This document shows positions 22,423 to 34,107 of a stretch of DNA of 64,000 nucleotides, one piece after another. The stretch's first letter is position 1; the number at the start of each line of letters is the position of its first letter. The DNA is taken from positions 124,001-188,000 of the forward strand of contig OZ025714.1 of NCBI GenBank assembly GCA_964019335.1, in the 5' to 3' direction. Under the pieces are notes generated by a model. It saw only the letters and a program-made list of their open reading frames with translations. It did no database searches and had not been told where the DNA came from. The stretch comes from Diplonema japonicum. Taxonomy: Eukaryota > Protista > Euglenozoa: Diplonemea. The position numbers and the translations under genes were made by a program.

Positions 22423-23578
22423 TTACGATGGCCAATGCTTCTCAGTCAAATACTGGCTCAAGCTGACGAACTCCTCGTCCCCGTTCACGTCACCTCCCGA
22501 CTGTTTCAGATAGAATGCGTAAGGTCTCGGGGCGTACTTTTTAATCGAGATATCTTCCTTGTGCAACACCTCGTGTCCAAGCTGCTTCACCGTGGCGTCC
22601 TTGGGGGCTTTAGACGTGGTCTCGTCATCCTCCAGAGCAGCGCTCACATGCGTCTTGTCTGTGTCGTGACCGAGCCAGGGGAAATGGGGTGCGGTGAAGC
22701 GTTTTCGCTTTTTCGTCTCGACTTCCGTTCGAACGCGTTGCTCTTTGGTTGTACCCTGTGGGGTGTCTTTTTTGAAAAAAAAAAAAAAATACCATCAGTT
22801 GTATATTTAAGTACTGCGCGTTCCGCAATTTTTGAACGCTTGACATGTCCATGTTCAGCACGGAGCTTTGGAAGAGCTTCACCCTCGCATGCTCCTTGTA
22901 CGCTCGGTATTGTTTGTGGGACATGAAGTCCCCGCTGTTTGTGAGGTACTGTGCGTCGGATGGGATGAAGATGTCCTTTTTGAAATCGAGGATCGATTTG
23001 AAGATGGCGAGAGTCGATGAACATTCTTCTTGCAATGCTGCGAGCTCCTCATTACCGCCTAAGGTCCGTTGTTCCACGGCGCCCCTGCAAGCATTGCAGT
23101 ACAGGTTATCCGACTGGTCGCGGATTAGTTCGAATACAACGAACTCCCCAGTGTACTCCTTGTCGCATCGTGTGCAGACGTATCCTGTTTTCGGGCGGTC
23201 GGAAGACGCTGACAGTTCTGCGTCCACATATTTATACCGTGCCTCTGCGATACTGAAGCACCACAGGTAGTCCAACTGATGTATTTTTTTCTTCGATGTT
23301 TCCGAGTCTGCTTTTCTCACGATTCCCTTTGAGGCCAGGGTGTTCAGTACCATTTCTGTCCCTGCTCTGCCTCCTTTTCCCGAGTCCCATTTTAGATATG
23401 TGGCGACTTCGTCGCTTGTGACACCCCTGACTTGTGCGATTTGGACCAGTGCGTCCACCACCAATATAAACCGAACATCTTCGTACGAGGATCGTACTAA
23501 GAGTCGGACCAACAGTTCTGCCACGCCACTCCCTTCAAGGCTTGATAGGTAATCAACGTTGCCCGACTTGGTGTCCAT
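22423..23578 (-). CDS. GTF2E1: General transcription factor TFIIE alpha subunit; 2 exons (23578-22793, 22755-22423), ~372 aa
   Basis: Winged-helix-like N-terminus (YEDVRFILVVDAL..VLNTLASKGIV..HQLDY), then zinc ribbon GYVCTRCDKEY..LYCNACRGAVE. Splicing joins it to ORF 22423..22647 (acidic C-terminus). Confidence 0.8.
22756..22792 (-). other. GT-AG intron, 37 nt, phase 0
   Basis: ATG|GTATTT...CCCCACAG|GGT; required to reach the frame of the last exon. Confidence 0.88.
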
Positions 23579-23768
23579 TTTTTCTTTTTCTTCTCCTTTT
23601 TCTTTTCGTTTGCTTTGAACAAGAAAAAAAAAAAAAAAAAAAACAACATGTTGATGAATGAATTGTTATTGTGCACGAACAACAACCAAACCGACTCTTT
23701 TTTTCTTTTGTTGGAAACATGTGGGGAACGGACAACAACAACAACAAAAAAAAAAAAGAAAGAAATGC

Positions 23769-23891
23769 TTAGTGAACTTTCTTCTTCCTCGGCTCGTTGC
23801 CGAACACCAACACCAACATCAGCAAACCCAAGAATCCTATCAGCGCCCCGATCAATATGACCACAAACATCTCCGTTTGCTCATCGGTCAT
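23769..23891 (-). CDS. 40-aa single-TM microprotein (MTDEQTEMFVVILIGALIGFLGLLMLVLVFGNEPRKKKVH)
   Basis: A-rich context before ATG as in neighbouring genes; acidic N-terminus, ~22-aa hydrophobic helix not made from homopolymers, basic tail. Confidence 0.55.
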   Translation of the reverse strand: MTDEQTEMFVVILIGALIGFLGLLMLVLVFGNEPRKKKVH

Positions 23892-23958
23892 TTTTCTTTT
23901 TTTCTCTCTTTTTCCCCCTCTCTTCTCTCCCTGTGTTAGGAGTGAATTAGAAAAGGAG

Positions 23959-24141
23959 GATCTTTTTGCCGAAACCAAATGCGATCCATGCTACTTTGTA
24001 TTGAGAGCAGATGACAACCGGCTAATGTTTGCCATATTCTTCTTGTCTCTGCCAAGCACCCGTCACCCTGGCACGGATGTCTTTCCCGAAATGACTCGCT
24101 TATAGGGAGGTGTCGTTACGCACCTAGGTCTTGCGTACCCC
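23959..24141. repeat. Dispersed repeat family A, degenerate copy
   Basis: tgccgaaaccaaatg..catgctac..tgtattgagag..ttcttgtctct.cc..ggtcttgc matches the 28339-28648 copy. Confidence 0.7.
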
Positions 24142-24235
24142 AAGAAAGAAAAAGAAGAAAACAAACGGTGTAAATGAATAAGAACAGACAAGAAAAAAAA
24201 AGAGAAGAAAAGGAACGGAAGCATCCATTCTTCAC

Positions 24236-27200
24236 TTATGTTATAGACTTAATATTAGAAGTGTAGTTGGGTATCACATGAGCCTTACGTTCCTATTTTT
24301 TTAATTTTTTCTTTTTTGTGTTCCCCTCATTTATTTTTCTTTTTCAAAAAACAGAAAACACACCGCAGCGTAAGGCTTGTTCGAGAATAAGGACCTGGGG
24401 GGGGCGGAGAACCGGGGGGACATGGGCTTCCCGTTTGCATCTTGTTCGGGAATGAACTTTTTCTTTGGTGTAGATTCTTGTGGTTTAGGGGTGCTGGGGG
24501 TGATTATGCGTGGTGCAGCAAACGAGGGCACACGAGGCTTTCTAGGAGCGGCATTCCTAGATCTTGGCGACCCAGGGGCGGAGCTCGTCGCAAGGGAAGG
24601 TCTCTGCAGAGGCACTCGTTTGCCTTCCATGTTGTTGTCGGCTACGTTCGGTGCTTCGCTCTGCGGAGGCGGCGACGGCGAGGGAAGAGTCTCCGGCCTT
24701 GTCTTCCCGAACCTTTCTACCATGACCTGCGCGAACTCACTGATGTCCTCCGCCGACACAGCAGCAGTGGACACTACATCCACCTTCCCGTCATTGTACG
24801 CTGTGATGTTGATCGTCGTCTCCCCCAAACCCCCAGGAGGCAAGACAGGATAACACGGTGCGACCAACCCTGGGCTCGCACCCCTCCCTGTGTTCAGTGT
24901 GTGTTTTCCACCCGCAGCCCTGTTCTCCACAGCCCTTTCCATGGTTTCATGTACACGGTTTTGTGACGGCGGTGGTGTTGGTGGTGGTGGCGACAACGAC
25001 AGTGGTATCGGAGACGCCATTGACGACATTGCTTCGCGTGCTGTCTTGAAGGTGTACCTCCTATGGGTGCCGGGTTCCGCTGATGCGGGCCGGACGAACG
25101 GTGCTGGGGGCGTGGCGCATCTGCTGACGCCCATTGCCGTGTTCGGCCTCTTTATCGGTGTTCTCGCCGTTGCTGCACCCGATCTGCAGAAACCCCCGCC
25201 CTTCCTTGTTACGTCCGAGTCGATAGCGTTTGTCATCATAACGCGCATCCATTCCGCTTGTTCTTTCTCGAACGGGCTCATCTCGCGCCGTGACGTGCGG
25301 AGCTGCGAAGCCGGGCGTGACCCGTACGGCGTCGCCGTTGTCACCCTGCTCGGCAGCCACTCGTTATCGGACCCTGTTGCGTTCGACTCCTTCATCCACA
25401 GGGGGTTCGTGGCCATGAGCTCTTTCGTTCGCTGCTCTAACACGGCTTCCCTTAAATGGCCAAGCCTTTCAGAAAGCCCCTCCGCTCTCTTGAGAATCCT
25501 GTCCCAAACGGGCTTGCCTGTGAGGTTGTGTTTCGCGGGCATTTGCATGGGGAGCTGTGGGATGTCGATCTGCACGGGGGTATCCACATCGATGTCCAGA
25601 ACCGGGGGGGTGGTAGGTGAGTGCAGCGACATTGCCGAGTGGTGAGACGACTGCGAACGGATAGAAGCCGCCAGCGACCCTACAAGCTCCATGTTGAGGA
25701 GGTCGATGTTAGCATCCATGAAGTCCAGATCGTTACTGCACTGTGCGGGGGTGTTCTCGATATCTGGGTGCTGCAGCTTGAGTAGCACGAGCTCCTTTCT
25801 CAGCTCCTTGTTGCTTTGGAGAATGGCTGGGAACGTCTTCGGCGTCCCGCACCCCTCCTCGATCCTCAGTGCGTGCCTTGGCACAGCGAAGTCGGTCACC
25901 TCATCTGAGTACACATCGCGAGGCCGAACTACCACCTCGGTGTCCTTGAAGCATAGGATGGTCACTGTGAGGTACTTACCGTTCCGTAAAACTTCTGCTG
26001 AGTCGCCTTCTTGGAGGACGCGTGCTTTGAAGTCCCACAGGTTCTTCCGCAAGATTCGGTTGAACATGACGACCTCGACAAGTTCTTCTTCGTCGTCCGA
26101 AGCAGACGTGAGCTTCGCAGGCACCTCAACAGGTTCATTCAGAGTAACCTCGTTAAATACACTGCTCTCTCCGGTGTCCCATTGAGCGGAGAAGGGACTC
26201 TCCGGTAGCGATAAAAAGTCTGGTTCGCTGATGTTGTCCTGTTGTGTATCTTTTCCAGGTTTCGGCACCTTCTTCTTCTTGGCTTGTCGCCGCACGCCCG
26301 GCACCCTAGCCGGCTCTTTCCGTTGCCTGAACGAAGGTTTCTTTTCTTTTTTCTTCACGGCAAGCTTCAGTTTGTCCTGCCGGTTGTCCTTGCTCGGGGT
26401 GTCTTCGACTGCGGCTACGGATATCTGTGTCAGCCCTGTGGAATTCCTGTGAAGGTCCGTGTCGGACCAGCGTTCCTTCTTGGTTTGCTGTGCTTTTCTG
26501 AGCTCCAATTCGAGAGACCAGATTTCCCCCAAGAGGTCCGCCTTCTCGGCCTCAAGCTCTTGCAGTTTTCTCATGTACTCCTCGCGTTCTCGGTCGAACC
26601 GTTGCTGCGCTGCTTCGATGATGTCGTTGTGCCCTTCGTACGCTTGGTTGTACTCTGCAACCATCGCCTCCGCTTCGACCACGCTGCTGCGGCGGCGTTT
26701 TCCCGCGTTCAATTGTGATCTTGTGAGATCTTGGCGCAGGGCAGTGATCTCCGCCTTAGACTGCACAAGGTGTGCTTCCAGCTTTGTGTTTACAGCACGA
26801 ACGTCCAGCAACTCGATTGCGTGGTCCAATTGCGTTCTGCGCACCACCTCCTTCAAGCAAAACAATTCCGCGTCGTTCTCCTTAATCTTCACAGAGAAGA
26901 TGTTGGTCTTGTACTGCAGTTCCGTTTGTAGGTCATTCAGCTGTTTCTCTGTTTTTGCAAGCTCCGCTCTAATGGAACGCTCGATCGCCTCAGCACGAAC
27001 TTGGAACTCCTCAAGCGCTCTGCGGCTCTCCGCCAGCTGTCGTTCCTTCTTCAGCATAGCATTGGTCTGCGCTTCTTTATAGTCTGATATGAAGATGTCG
27101 TACTCGATCTGCAACTGGTGGATCAGTTTCTTGTTGTGCTCGGACATCTTAGCGTTCGTCGCGGTGATGACGTAAATTTGCTCTTTGAGTGCCTCGCACT

Positions 27201-28086
27201 GCTCGGCCAGTTCGTCGACAGTGTCGTTGCTTTGTTGCAAAGACTCTTGGAGGTCGGCTATTTCTTCGTCCAGCTCCCTTCGAACTTCTGACAACGTGGC
27301 CTTCATTTCGATGGCGAACTCCTCCTCCATTTGGATTCGAAGATTCCTTTGCAGCACCTCGGCCTGGTCCCGCATTCGGATATTTTCTTGGTGCAGCTCT
27401 TCAAGAAGCTTGTTGTGATCACTGTCTAGTCGTTGCGTCGCGTTTCGATACTCAACCTGCTTCGATATCAGATCCTTATCCTTCGCGGACAGCATCGTCC
27501 GGTATCGGTTCACAACCTTCTCCGCTTGCCGCTTGTCTTGCAGATCTCTCTGTTCAAACAGACTGGCGTAGTATTGATGCACTTCTTCGATTTCAAGCTC
27601 GAGTTGGTTGTACACGTCAAAGATGTCTATTTGTGTGGGGGTTGCAACGTCTATGCGGCCTGCTAGCTTCCCACGAAGCTGGCAGACTTCCTTGTAGAGA
27701 GTCGCCCTGATTTGGTCGATTATAGTGTCGCGCTTGTTAAGCCTTTGAAATAAATCTTTGTATGCTTTTTCGGTTCGTGTGAGGCGCTCCTTATAGTCGG
27801 ATAGCGTTACTTTTAGGTCGCTCGTGTAGTGTCTTAGAGCCAGGACATCGTCGGAGGGGAGGAAGAGGAAGTCTTCGACTTCCTTGTCGGGGGGGATGAG
27901 GCCTACCAGTTCCCCCATGACTTCCTCTACCTCCTCTTTGCAGCTTTGGATCAGCGTTGCTTGCATCTTCAGCTTCGTGCAGTCCACCAAATGCTTTTCA
28001 AACACATCCTTCACCTTCTCCTTTGCACAGCACACATTGGCATAGACACTGCCCGCCCTTTGCCCTGTGTCTCTTTCCTCTCCCAT
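24236..28086 (-). CDS. Long coiled-coil protein with disordered Pro/Ser-rich C-terminus; probable 2 exons (28086-24364, 24292-24236), ~1259 aa
   Basis: 1251-codon ORF with E/K/L/Q-rich heptads in the first ~540 aa. A terminal intron gives last exon ERKAHVIPNYTSNIKSIT*. Confidence 0.85.
24293..24363 (-). other. Probable GT-AG intron, 71 nt, phase 0, contains stop
   Basis: GCG|GTGTGT...AAAATAG|GAA; the acceptor position is uncertain. Confidence 0.6.
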
Positions 28087-28338
28087 CTTTTAAAAAGAAT
28101 CTTCTCCTTCTTTTTTGAGTTATACAATATCTATGCAAAAAAGAGGGGGGGCAAATATTCTAAGAAAAAGACGAAGCCTGAAGTCCTCCCAAGTCCGTTG
28201 TGGTCTCGTAGAATGTAAAGGTTGAGAGGAAAAAAAAAAAAAAGCTGTTTTGAAATAGGGGCCTCAGCTTCCCCGCGGGTACGTATTAAGAACGAGAGTT
28301 CTCAAAAAGAAATTCGATCTTTCCGTCTGGTGACATAA

Positions 28339-28648
28339 GTCAAACAGCGAGTACGACCACCACAGTCAAGTACCATAAAGTACATGGAGTGGGGTGTTTG
28401 TTGTAGTCAACGACACATTTAGTGTGAGCTTCTAACCTGTGCGCCTGCCTGGTCCCCGTTTCCTCGCGGAAGGGTGGGGGGCATCTTTTTCGTTGCCGAA
28501 GCCAAATGTAATACATGCTACCCCTGTATTGAGAGGTCTGTTTGTGCCTAGGTGACACTTGCTTTGCTTTATTCTTGTCTCTCCGCCGAGCTGGTCCTTC
28601 CCTGACCCTGTCGTTACTTGACCCGGCCAAAGGTCTTGCTGCCCCATA
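28339..28648. repeat. Dispersed repeat family A, longest copy
   Basis: Shares ccataaagtacatgg, gtgcctaggtgaca, tattcttgtc and ttgacccggccaaag.tcttgctgcccc with 56950-57163. Confidence 0.9.
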
Positions 28649-28679
28649 AAAAAGAAGAAGAAGAACAACAAAAAAAAAA

Positions 28680-28853
28680 CTCAAAGTGCAGGACAAACCC
28701 CCTCATGGAGGGCCGCCCTTGGGTGGGTTGGGGGGCTATCTATTTATACTCCCCTTCTGGAGTATTGCTTTCGTCCCAATCGAGGCCCTGAGCGTCTTGC
28801 GGAGTCGTGTGGTGCGGTCTCGCTTGTAAGCGGCTTTCAGTTCCATCAGCTTG
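28680..28853. repeat. Dispersed repeat family B, copy adjoining the 3' end of the RT pseudogene
   Basis: Homologous to 11722-11864 and 51349-51453. Confidence 0.85.
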
Positions 28854-28899
28854 TCGTGCGTGGAGTGGGTGGCGAAGATGGGCCTCCTGGCGAAACCCA

Positions 28900-29946
28900 T
28901 AGCCGTCTTCCCACCTATTGCTCATCACATGGAGGGGGGAACGGCCCACTGTATAGGCAAGATGGCAGGACCGTCGTGCTTGTGCCCCCCAATCGGTCCA
29001 GCGAGCCAAGCGCCCCCGTGGTCGGTTTGTTCCACGTCGTTCTGTCCTGCGTGTGTTGATCTTCACCCCCAGTCCGCAGAGGTCTGTCACTGTCTTGTAG
29101 GGTACCGCGACCTCCGAGCCTCTCCTCTTCGAAATTTGAAATCTTCAGCAGTGCCGAAACCAACAGTCTTCTCTTTGTTGATTTCCATCCCCGTCAGGTC
29201 GCAGACTCCAATGTCCCATTGACCACAGCTTGTAGTGAGCCACGCAGCTTTGCCAGCGGTATGCGTCGTCAGCGTAGGCTAGCACTTCGGCGTCTGGCGC
29301 GACTTGCTCGACTGCCCGCACCATGATGGACAACAGGGCGTTGACGACGATGACCGACAGGGGGCATGCTTGGAGGATTCCGTTCGTTGTCTCAAATGTT
29401 TCTCCCACTCCTATGGGGTACTTGAACCTCCTTGTGATTTGGGTGTACATCCCTCGGAGTGCTCTCCCTATGGATTGGTCCATCCCCAGGGCGTCCATGA
29501 GGTCGAGAGACAGCCGCTGTGGCACTAGATCGAAGCATTTCCGAAAGTCTAGGGCTAGTCCTTCCAGCGGTTCTCCTTCCACCAGTGCAAGTTCCAGCTT
29601 GGTACATAACTCCATGAGGGCAGTTGTCGTACTGTGCTTGGGTCGAAACCCGTGCTGTCTCGGCGTGATCCAGCGTTCTTGCCAGTCAAGGACACCCTTC
29701 AGCCTCGTACACGCCCACAAGCGGTAGATGGTGCTGGTCACTGTGATGGGACGATGATTCAGTGGTGCTGACCCCTCACCCTTCGGAATCAGAGACACCA
29801 GGGCTGTCGTGTTCTGTCTCGGCCACTGGCCTGTTTCCTCGTCAGGTTGAAGTGGTCTGCGAAAGCCTTCAGGATGCTCGTTGGGAGTCGCTTCAGTTCA
29901 CTCATCCGCCAACCGTCCACGCCACATGCTCCTTTCTCCGGCTTCT
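28900..29946 (-). mobile_element. Degenerate non-LTR retrotransposon reverse transcriptase (frameshifted, 5'-truncated)
   Basis: KGACGVDGWRMSELKRLP (domain 0), a frameshift, then LIPK..HRPITVTSTIYRLWA, QHGFRPKHST, LALDFRKCFDLV, GILQACPLS, YADD, and further frameshifts (GMEINKEKT, GLGVKI). Confidence 0.93.
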
Positions 29947-30189
29947 CAAAAAAAAAAAAAAAAACACAGAAGAAGAAAAGAAGAAGAAGAAAAAAGAAAA
30001 AGACTTTCGTCTTCGAAGGGAACCTGCAGTATGTGACAGGATCCGCCTAAAAAAACAAAGTAACACAAAGATGACAAAATCTTTAAAGCTACCCTTTCAT
30101 CTCAACTGACTCCCAGACTATTGCTCAAAAAAATCGTACTTTTTTCGAGTTGAAAAAAAGGGGAGGGGGGGGAAGTGGAAGAACAAATG

Positions 30190-30499
30190 GATTGCAACAC
30201 TAAGTGGCGTTAAGTGTGCAACGAAGCATGAACTGTCTACTTGATTACAGGGCGCTCCTCGGCCGAGCAGTAGCTTCTTCTGCGTTCCGCGTCGTGTCCT
30301 TAATGCGTGCGGTGTGCAACTCAACCCAAGCCGGGGCGTCCCGGGTACCCAAGATCCTGCGCTCGTGCAGTTTGCTGCCTGTTCGTCACCCTGAGCATCT
30401 GCGTTACGTTCTTCACTCTGGCGCTACCGGTGATCGACGTGGAGGTCAACAGCGAACAACACATCTGATGTACTTCTTATATCCATGTTATCCACCACC
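30190..30499. repeat. Dispersed repeat family C (~310 bp), copy 1
   Basis: Nearly identical to 52263-52579; begins ~30 nt after the stop codon of the 30532..33828 gene. Confidence 0.95.
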
Positions 30500-30531
30500 T
30501 ACAACAACAACAAAAAAAAAAAACCTATCTA

Positions 30532-33500
30532 TCAAAGAGAAATCGGTTTTAGCAAGTTCCCACTGTGTTGGAGCAACAAAGTGGGGTAAGAATGCAGTGT
30601 GGTGACGGCGGGGACCGCCGGAGGTGTGAAAGTGGAAGCGGAAACGGAAGCGGAAGAAGCTATAGACGGCTCCTCGGTCACGATCAAAGGAATCGTCAAT
30701 TCTTCTTTAGACTTTTCCTCTTCTTCCTCCTCCTCCGGCTGGGCCAGCTGTTCACTACACACACCGTGCAGCCACAACACAACTTCAAGCACAAACTTAG
30801 CAGAGACAATGTACACAAGTGTCATGGCCATCCTGCCTGAGGTCTCAAGATACGATGTGTTTTCTGTGGCCATCCCCCAGAACCCAACCACGGAAAAGAC
30901 GAACTCAGATAAACTCACGACAATTTCCATTCCATTGTCGATCTGTCTCAGGTACGGCAGATCTTTCACAAGAAGGCACATCCACACCGCAGGGATGATT
31001 GTCAAGACGCCAGCACGACCCGCACAGGCGACCTGCTTTTTGGGGTTCCATGCAGAGAGACAAGCCAATCCGGTCATCATGACAAGCTGCACCACGTAGT
31101 AGTTACATTGTTCTCTGTGAAAACCGTCGAAGACGGCCGACAGATACTCGATCTGCAACCTCCCCTTGCGTGACTTGTCCATCGGCTCCCATTCGTATTC
31201 CGCTCTGACCATTTTTTGCAGCACTGTTTTCCGCTCCAACTGGGTCGTTACCAGCGTACACCCCGAGGTTGCTCGTTTGGATAGAACCCTAATATACACC
31301 ATGTACGCGATGGCCGTGAAAAGTACAATTCCCGACGCCGCTTGCTGTGGTGGCGGGCCGTAAAAACACATGGCGAAGGCAGATTGCAGCGTCGGTGTCC
31401 AAAAGAACTCAACCACCAAGTAGAACCCCGCTGTCGGCACCATGCTCAGCGCCACCTCTAGACCATCACGGACGCCCCTTCTCAACGACGTAGCCATGGC
31501 GACAGCTAGCAGTACTATGTACAGCCCCACAACGATCGCCATGTTCCCCACAAGGGCTCCGCGGTATTCTTGTAAAAGGCCCGACCCGAAGACTAGTCTC
31601 GACGGGTTAAGAATGAATCCGAGCTCTTCCGGTTGCATTCTCGGGCATTCCAAAACGGATAGGAACACCATTGCTCGGGAGACGCGAGACGTCCCCTTCA
31701 TGGAAATCCCACTAGATGCCGCTAATACTGCTGCACCACCCACAGTCGCCCCTGTTATCTGTGAAGCCGTCTTTTCCTTGGGCACCACAATCGGCGGGGG
31801 AGGAGGTACTACACATGCCATGTATGCCTCGTTCCCGGTCGACGGTGTGGGTGCCTTGTCGCAAGGGGGGTTTTTCACCACGCAAGTCCCGTTGACGCAA
31901 CCCCCTTTACACACACAGGGCGTGATGGGGTCGGAGTCTCCAAGGCATGTTGCCCATGGTAAGTTGCAGCTCGCATCGACAGCGCACCAGGGCATTGTCT
32001 TATCTCTCGTAGTCTCGCACCCTTTGTACCTCTTCCCATTGTGTTCCCATTCATCCATGCACCCACACCCGCACGTCACTAGTTTAAGATCCCTGGAGTC
32101 ACTGAAGTCGTGCTTTGCCCAAGTTAGTCCTGCTTGACCGCTGCCTACAACCCATCCCACATTCACATTTCCACCTTTCGTCACGCCCACTGCATCAAAT
32201 GGTATGTAAAATCCCATCGTGGTCGTGGTGGCGTTGCTCCAGGACAGCACACTTCGCGAGTGTTGCTCGGGGTTTACAACAGGGGTCGAATTGGGGTTGC
32301 GTTGGGGTGGCTTGTAATCGGTCACGACATTGGGTGTGATGGAGTCGAACGCGGTGATTCGGAACCCAGACATCCCAGGCACCTGCGCCGCACGTATGCC
32401 AACCGCAGCATAGGACGGTGTTGAAGAGGGAAAGCTGCACATGAAGAGAATCACCTCCTTCATGCCAACCTCACCAAGTTCGTAGGTAATGGAGACAGGA
32501 CCCGAAGTGGAAACCGGAAAGGGACCACATCCCGTGGCATACGTGGATAATGGAACTGCAGTTGACGGAGCAAACGTGGGGGGCGCAGAAGTGAGAGGTG
32601 CCGCCGTATCTGGGGCGACAGTCGGAGGAGCCAAGGTGTCCGGGAACGGTGTAAGGGGGGCGGGGGTGGGGGGGAACTGGAAGATCCTGCTGTAAATACC
32701 CCATCCCGAGGAATCAGCAGCATCCGCATGCCACACCAAAGCAACACGCGTCGGGGAAAGAAGCGCGATCTTTACAGTACTGACAGAGGACACAGCGTCC
32801 GTGGCGACAACACGCTGCCCATCACGAATGCCGGAAGGAGTGAAGGACTGCATGATAATCTCCCATCCGGTGGGCTCCGCGGACTCCCACGCCGCCACGA
32901 ACCCACCTTGAGGCAAACCAAGAACAACTCCTCGTGTCTGGGTGTTGGCAGTGACTGCATTCACAACGAACTCTGGACCAGCAGTACCTGATAAGGTGTA
33001 CTGCCTTGCACGGATGTCTGAAGATGAGGTCCAGACAATGACCCATCCTTCAAGAGTGCTAGAGATGTCGGGATCTGAATTTGTGGTGGATGTGTCCTCC
33101 GTGACGAGGAGCACGGCACCCCCCACGGCACCGTCGAACACCCTGCAGTAGATCAGATCGTTCCCAGTCTCGCTGGACCTCCACACGACGACGTACTCCC
33201 CAGAGGAGAGGTACGCAACAGCAGGTATATCTTGCCCCGAGGTTGTAACGACGTTCGCACGGGTTTCTAAACCGACACGCACGCCATAGACGAACTGCTG
33301 TACATATACTCCAAACCCAGAGGAGTCTTGGTTATCTGATTGCCAAGCCACAATGATCTTTCCTGTGTCCGGGATAGTGGATAGTGCCGCTTTAAACTGG
33401 GAGAAAGCTGTCTCGGTGTTTACCTGAATCGTGCTGGTGTTGGTTCCGTTCTGGGGGTGATATATTTTCAGGAAGACCCCGTATCGGTCGCCGTCTTGGC

Positions 33501-33828
33501 TCCCGCTTGCCTCCCAGACAACTGCGTATCCAGCGTTGCCCAAGCTTCTGGGAATGCTCGACTGTTGCCAATTGGTTGTCTTTGCGTTTACTCTTTCCTC
33601 GCCAGTCGTCGCGGTGCCGTCGGCGTCGAAGGCCCTCTGGTACACCCCGTACCCGTCTCCGTCTTGCCCATCGCTCTGCCACGTCACAACGAATCCGCCC
33701 CCTTCTACCCCACACAAATCCGGTGTGCTTTGGTGGTTCATGACATATTCGTTTACCCTGAACTCCGGACCAACAGGCTCCCACGCAACCCCTACCGCTA
33801 CCACGCACATTATGCATGCCAGCATCAT
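30532..33828 (-). CDS. Chimeric surface protein: signal peptide, bacterial-type beta-repeat region, PT linker, DOMON-like and fibronectin-II-like modules, multi-TM C-terminus, 1098 aa
   Basis: About six repeats of EFRVN...Q..P....L..GGFVVTWQS..QDGDGYGVY.R.F; TPAP/TxAP linker; CMDEWEHNGKRYKGCETTRDKTMPWCAV (FN2-like); seven or more hydrophobic helices. Confidence 0.85.
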   Translation of the reverse strand: MMLACIMCVVAVGVAWEPVGPEFRVNEYVMNHQSTPDLCGVEGGGFVVTWQSDGQDGDGYGVYQRAFDADGTATTGEERVNAKTTNWQQSSIPRSLGNAGYAVVWEASGSQDGDRYGVFLKIYHPQNGTNTSTIQVNTETAFSQFKAALSTIPDTGKIIVAWQSDNQDSSGFGVYVQQFVYGVRVGLETRANVVTTSGQDIPAVAYLSSGEYVVVWRSSETGNDLIYCRVFDGAVGGAVLLVTEDTSTTNSDPDISSTLEGWVIVWTSSSDIRARQYTLSGTAGPEFVVNAVTANTQTRGVVLGLPQGGFVAAWESAEPTGWEIIMQSFTPSGIRDGQRVVATDAVSSVSTVKIALLSPTRVALVWHADAADSSGWGIYSRIFQFPPTPAPLTPFPDTLAPPTVAPDTAAPLTSAPPTFAPSTAVPLSTYATGCGPFPVSTSGPVSITYELGEVGMKEVILFMCSFPSSTPSYAAVGIRAAQVPGMSGFRITAFDSITPNVVTDYKPPQRNPNSTPVVNPEQHSRSVLSWSNATTTTMGFYIPFDAVGVTKGGNVNVGWVVGSGQAGLTWAKHDFSDSRDLKLVTCGCGCMDEWEHNGKRYKGCETTRDKTMPWCAVDASCNLPWATCLGDSDPITPCVCKGGCVNGTCVVKNPPCDKAPTPSTGNEAYMACVVPPPPPIVVPKEKTASQITGATVGGAAVLAASSGISMKGTSRVSRAMVFLSVLECPRMQPEELGFILNPSRLVFGSGLLQEYRGALVGNMAIVVGLYIVLLAVAMATSLRRGVRDGLEVALSMVPTAGFYLVVEFFWTPTLQSAFAMCFYGPPPQQAASGIVLFTAIAYMVYIRVLSKRATSGCTLVTTQLERKTVLQKMVRAEYEWEPMDKSRKGRLQIEYLSAVFDGFHREQCNYYVVQLVMMTGLACLSAWNPKKQVACAGRAGVLTIIPAVWMCLLVKDLPYLRQIDNGMEIVVSLSEFVFSVVGFWGMATENTSYLETSGRMAMTLVYIVSAKFVLEVVLWLHGVCSEQLAQPEEEEEEEKSKEELTIPLIVTEEPSIASSASVSASTFTPPAVPAVTTLHSYPTLLLQHSGNLLKPISL

Positions 33829-34107
33829 TTTAGCATTGCTTTTTTTTTTCTTTTTCTTTTTTTTTAAAGTCGCCTGTCTTGGGGGGAATGAAGTTAACGC
33901 CAGGAGAATAAAAAAAAAAACAGACTACAAAAAAAACAAAATAAAACGTGAGAAACAGGGGCGGCGGCAAAAAAAAGGGGGGGGGGGAGTTAAGATTGTA
34001 CAGAGTTACAAATTTCTTTTTTTTTTTCTCTTTTTCTTGCGTTCTTTTTTTATATTATCTTTTCTTTTTTTTCTTTTCTTCTTCTTTTTTGCATTCTTTT
34101 CTTTGTA

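Noticed and set aside
24060-24080. GTGCCAGGGT, resembling part of the trypanosomatid ingi/L1Tc 5' signature (HDV-like ribozyme)
   Set aside because: No complementary CCCTGGC partner is present, and the motif is not kept in the other family A copies.
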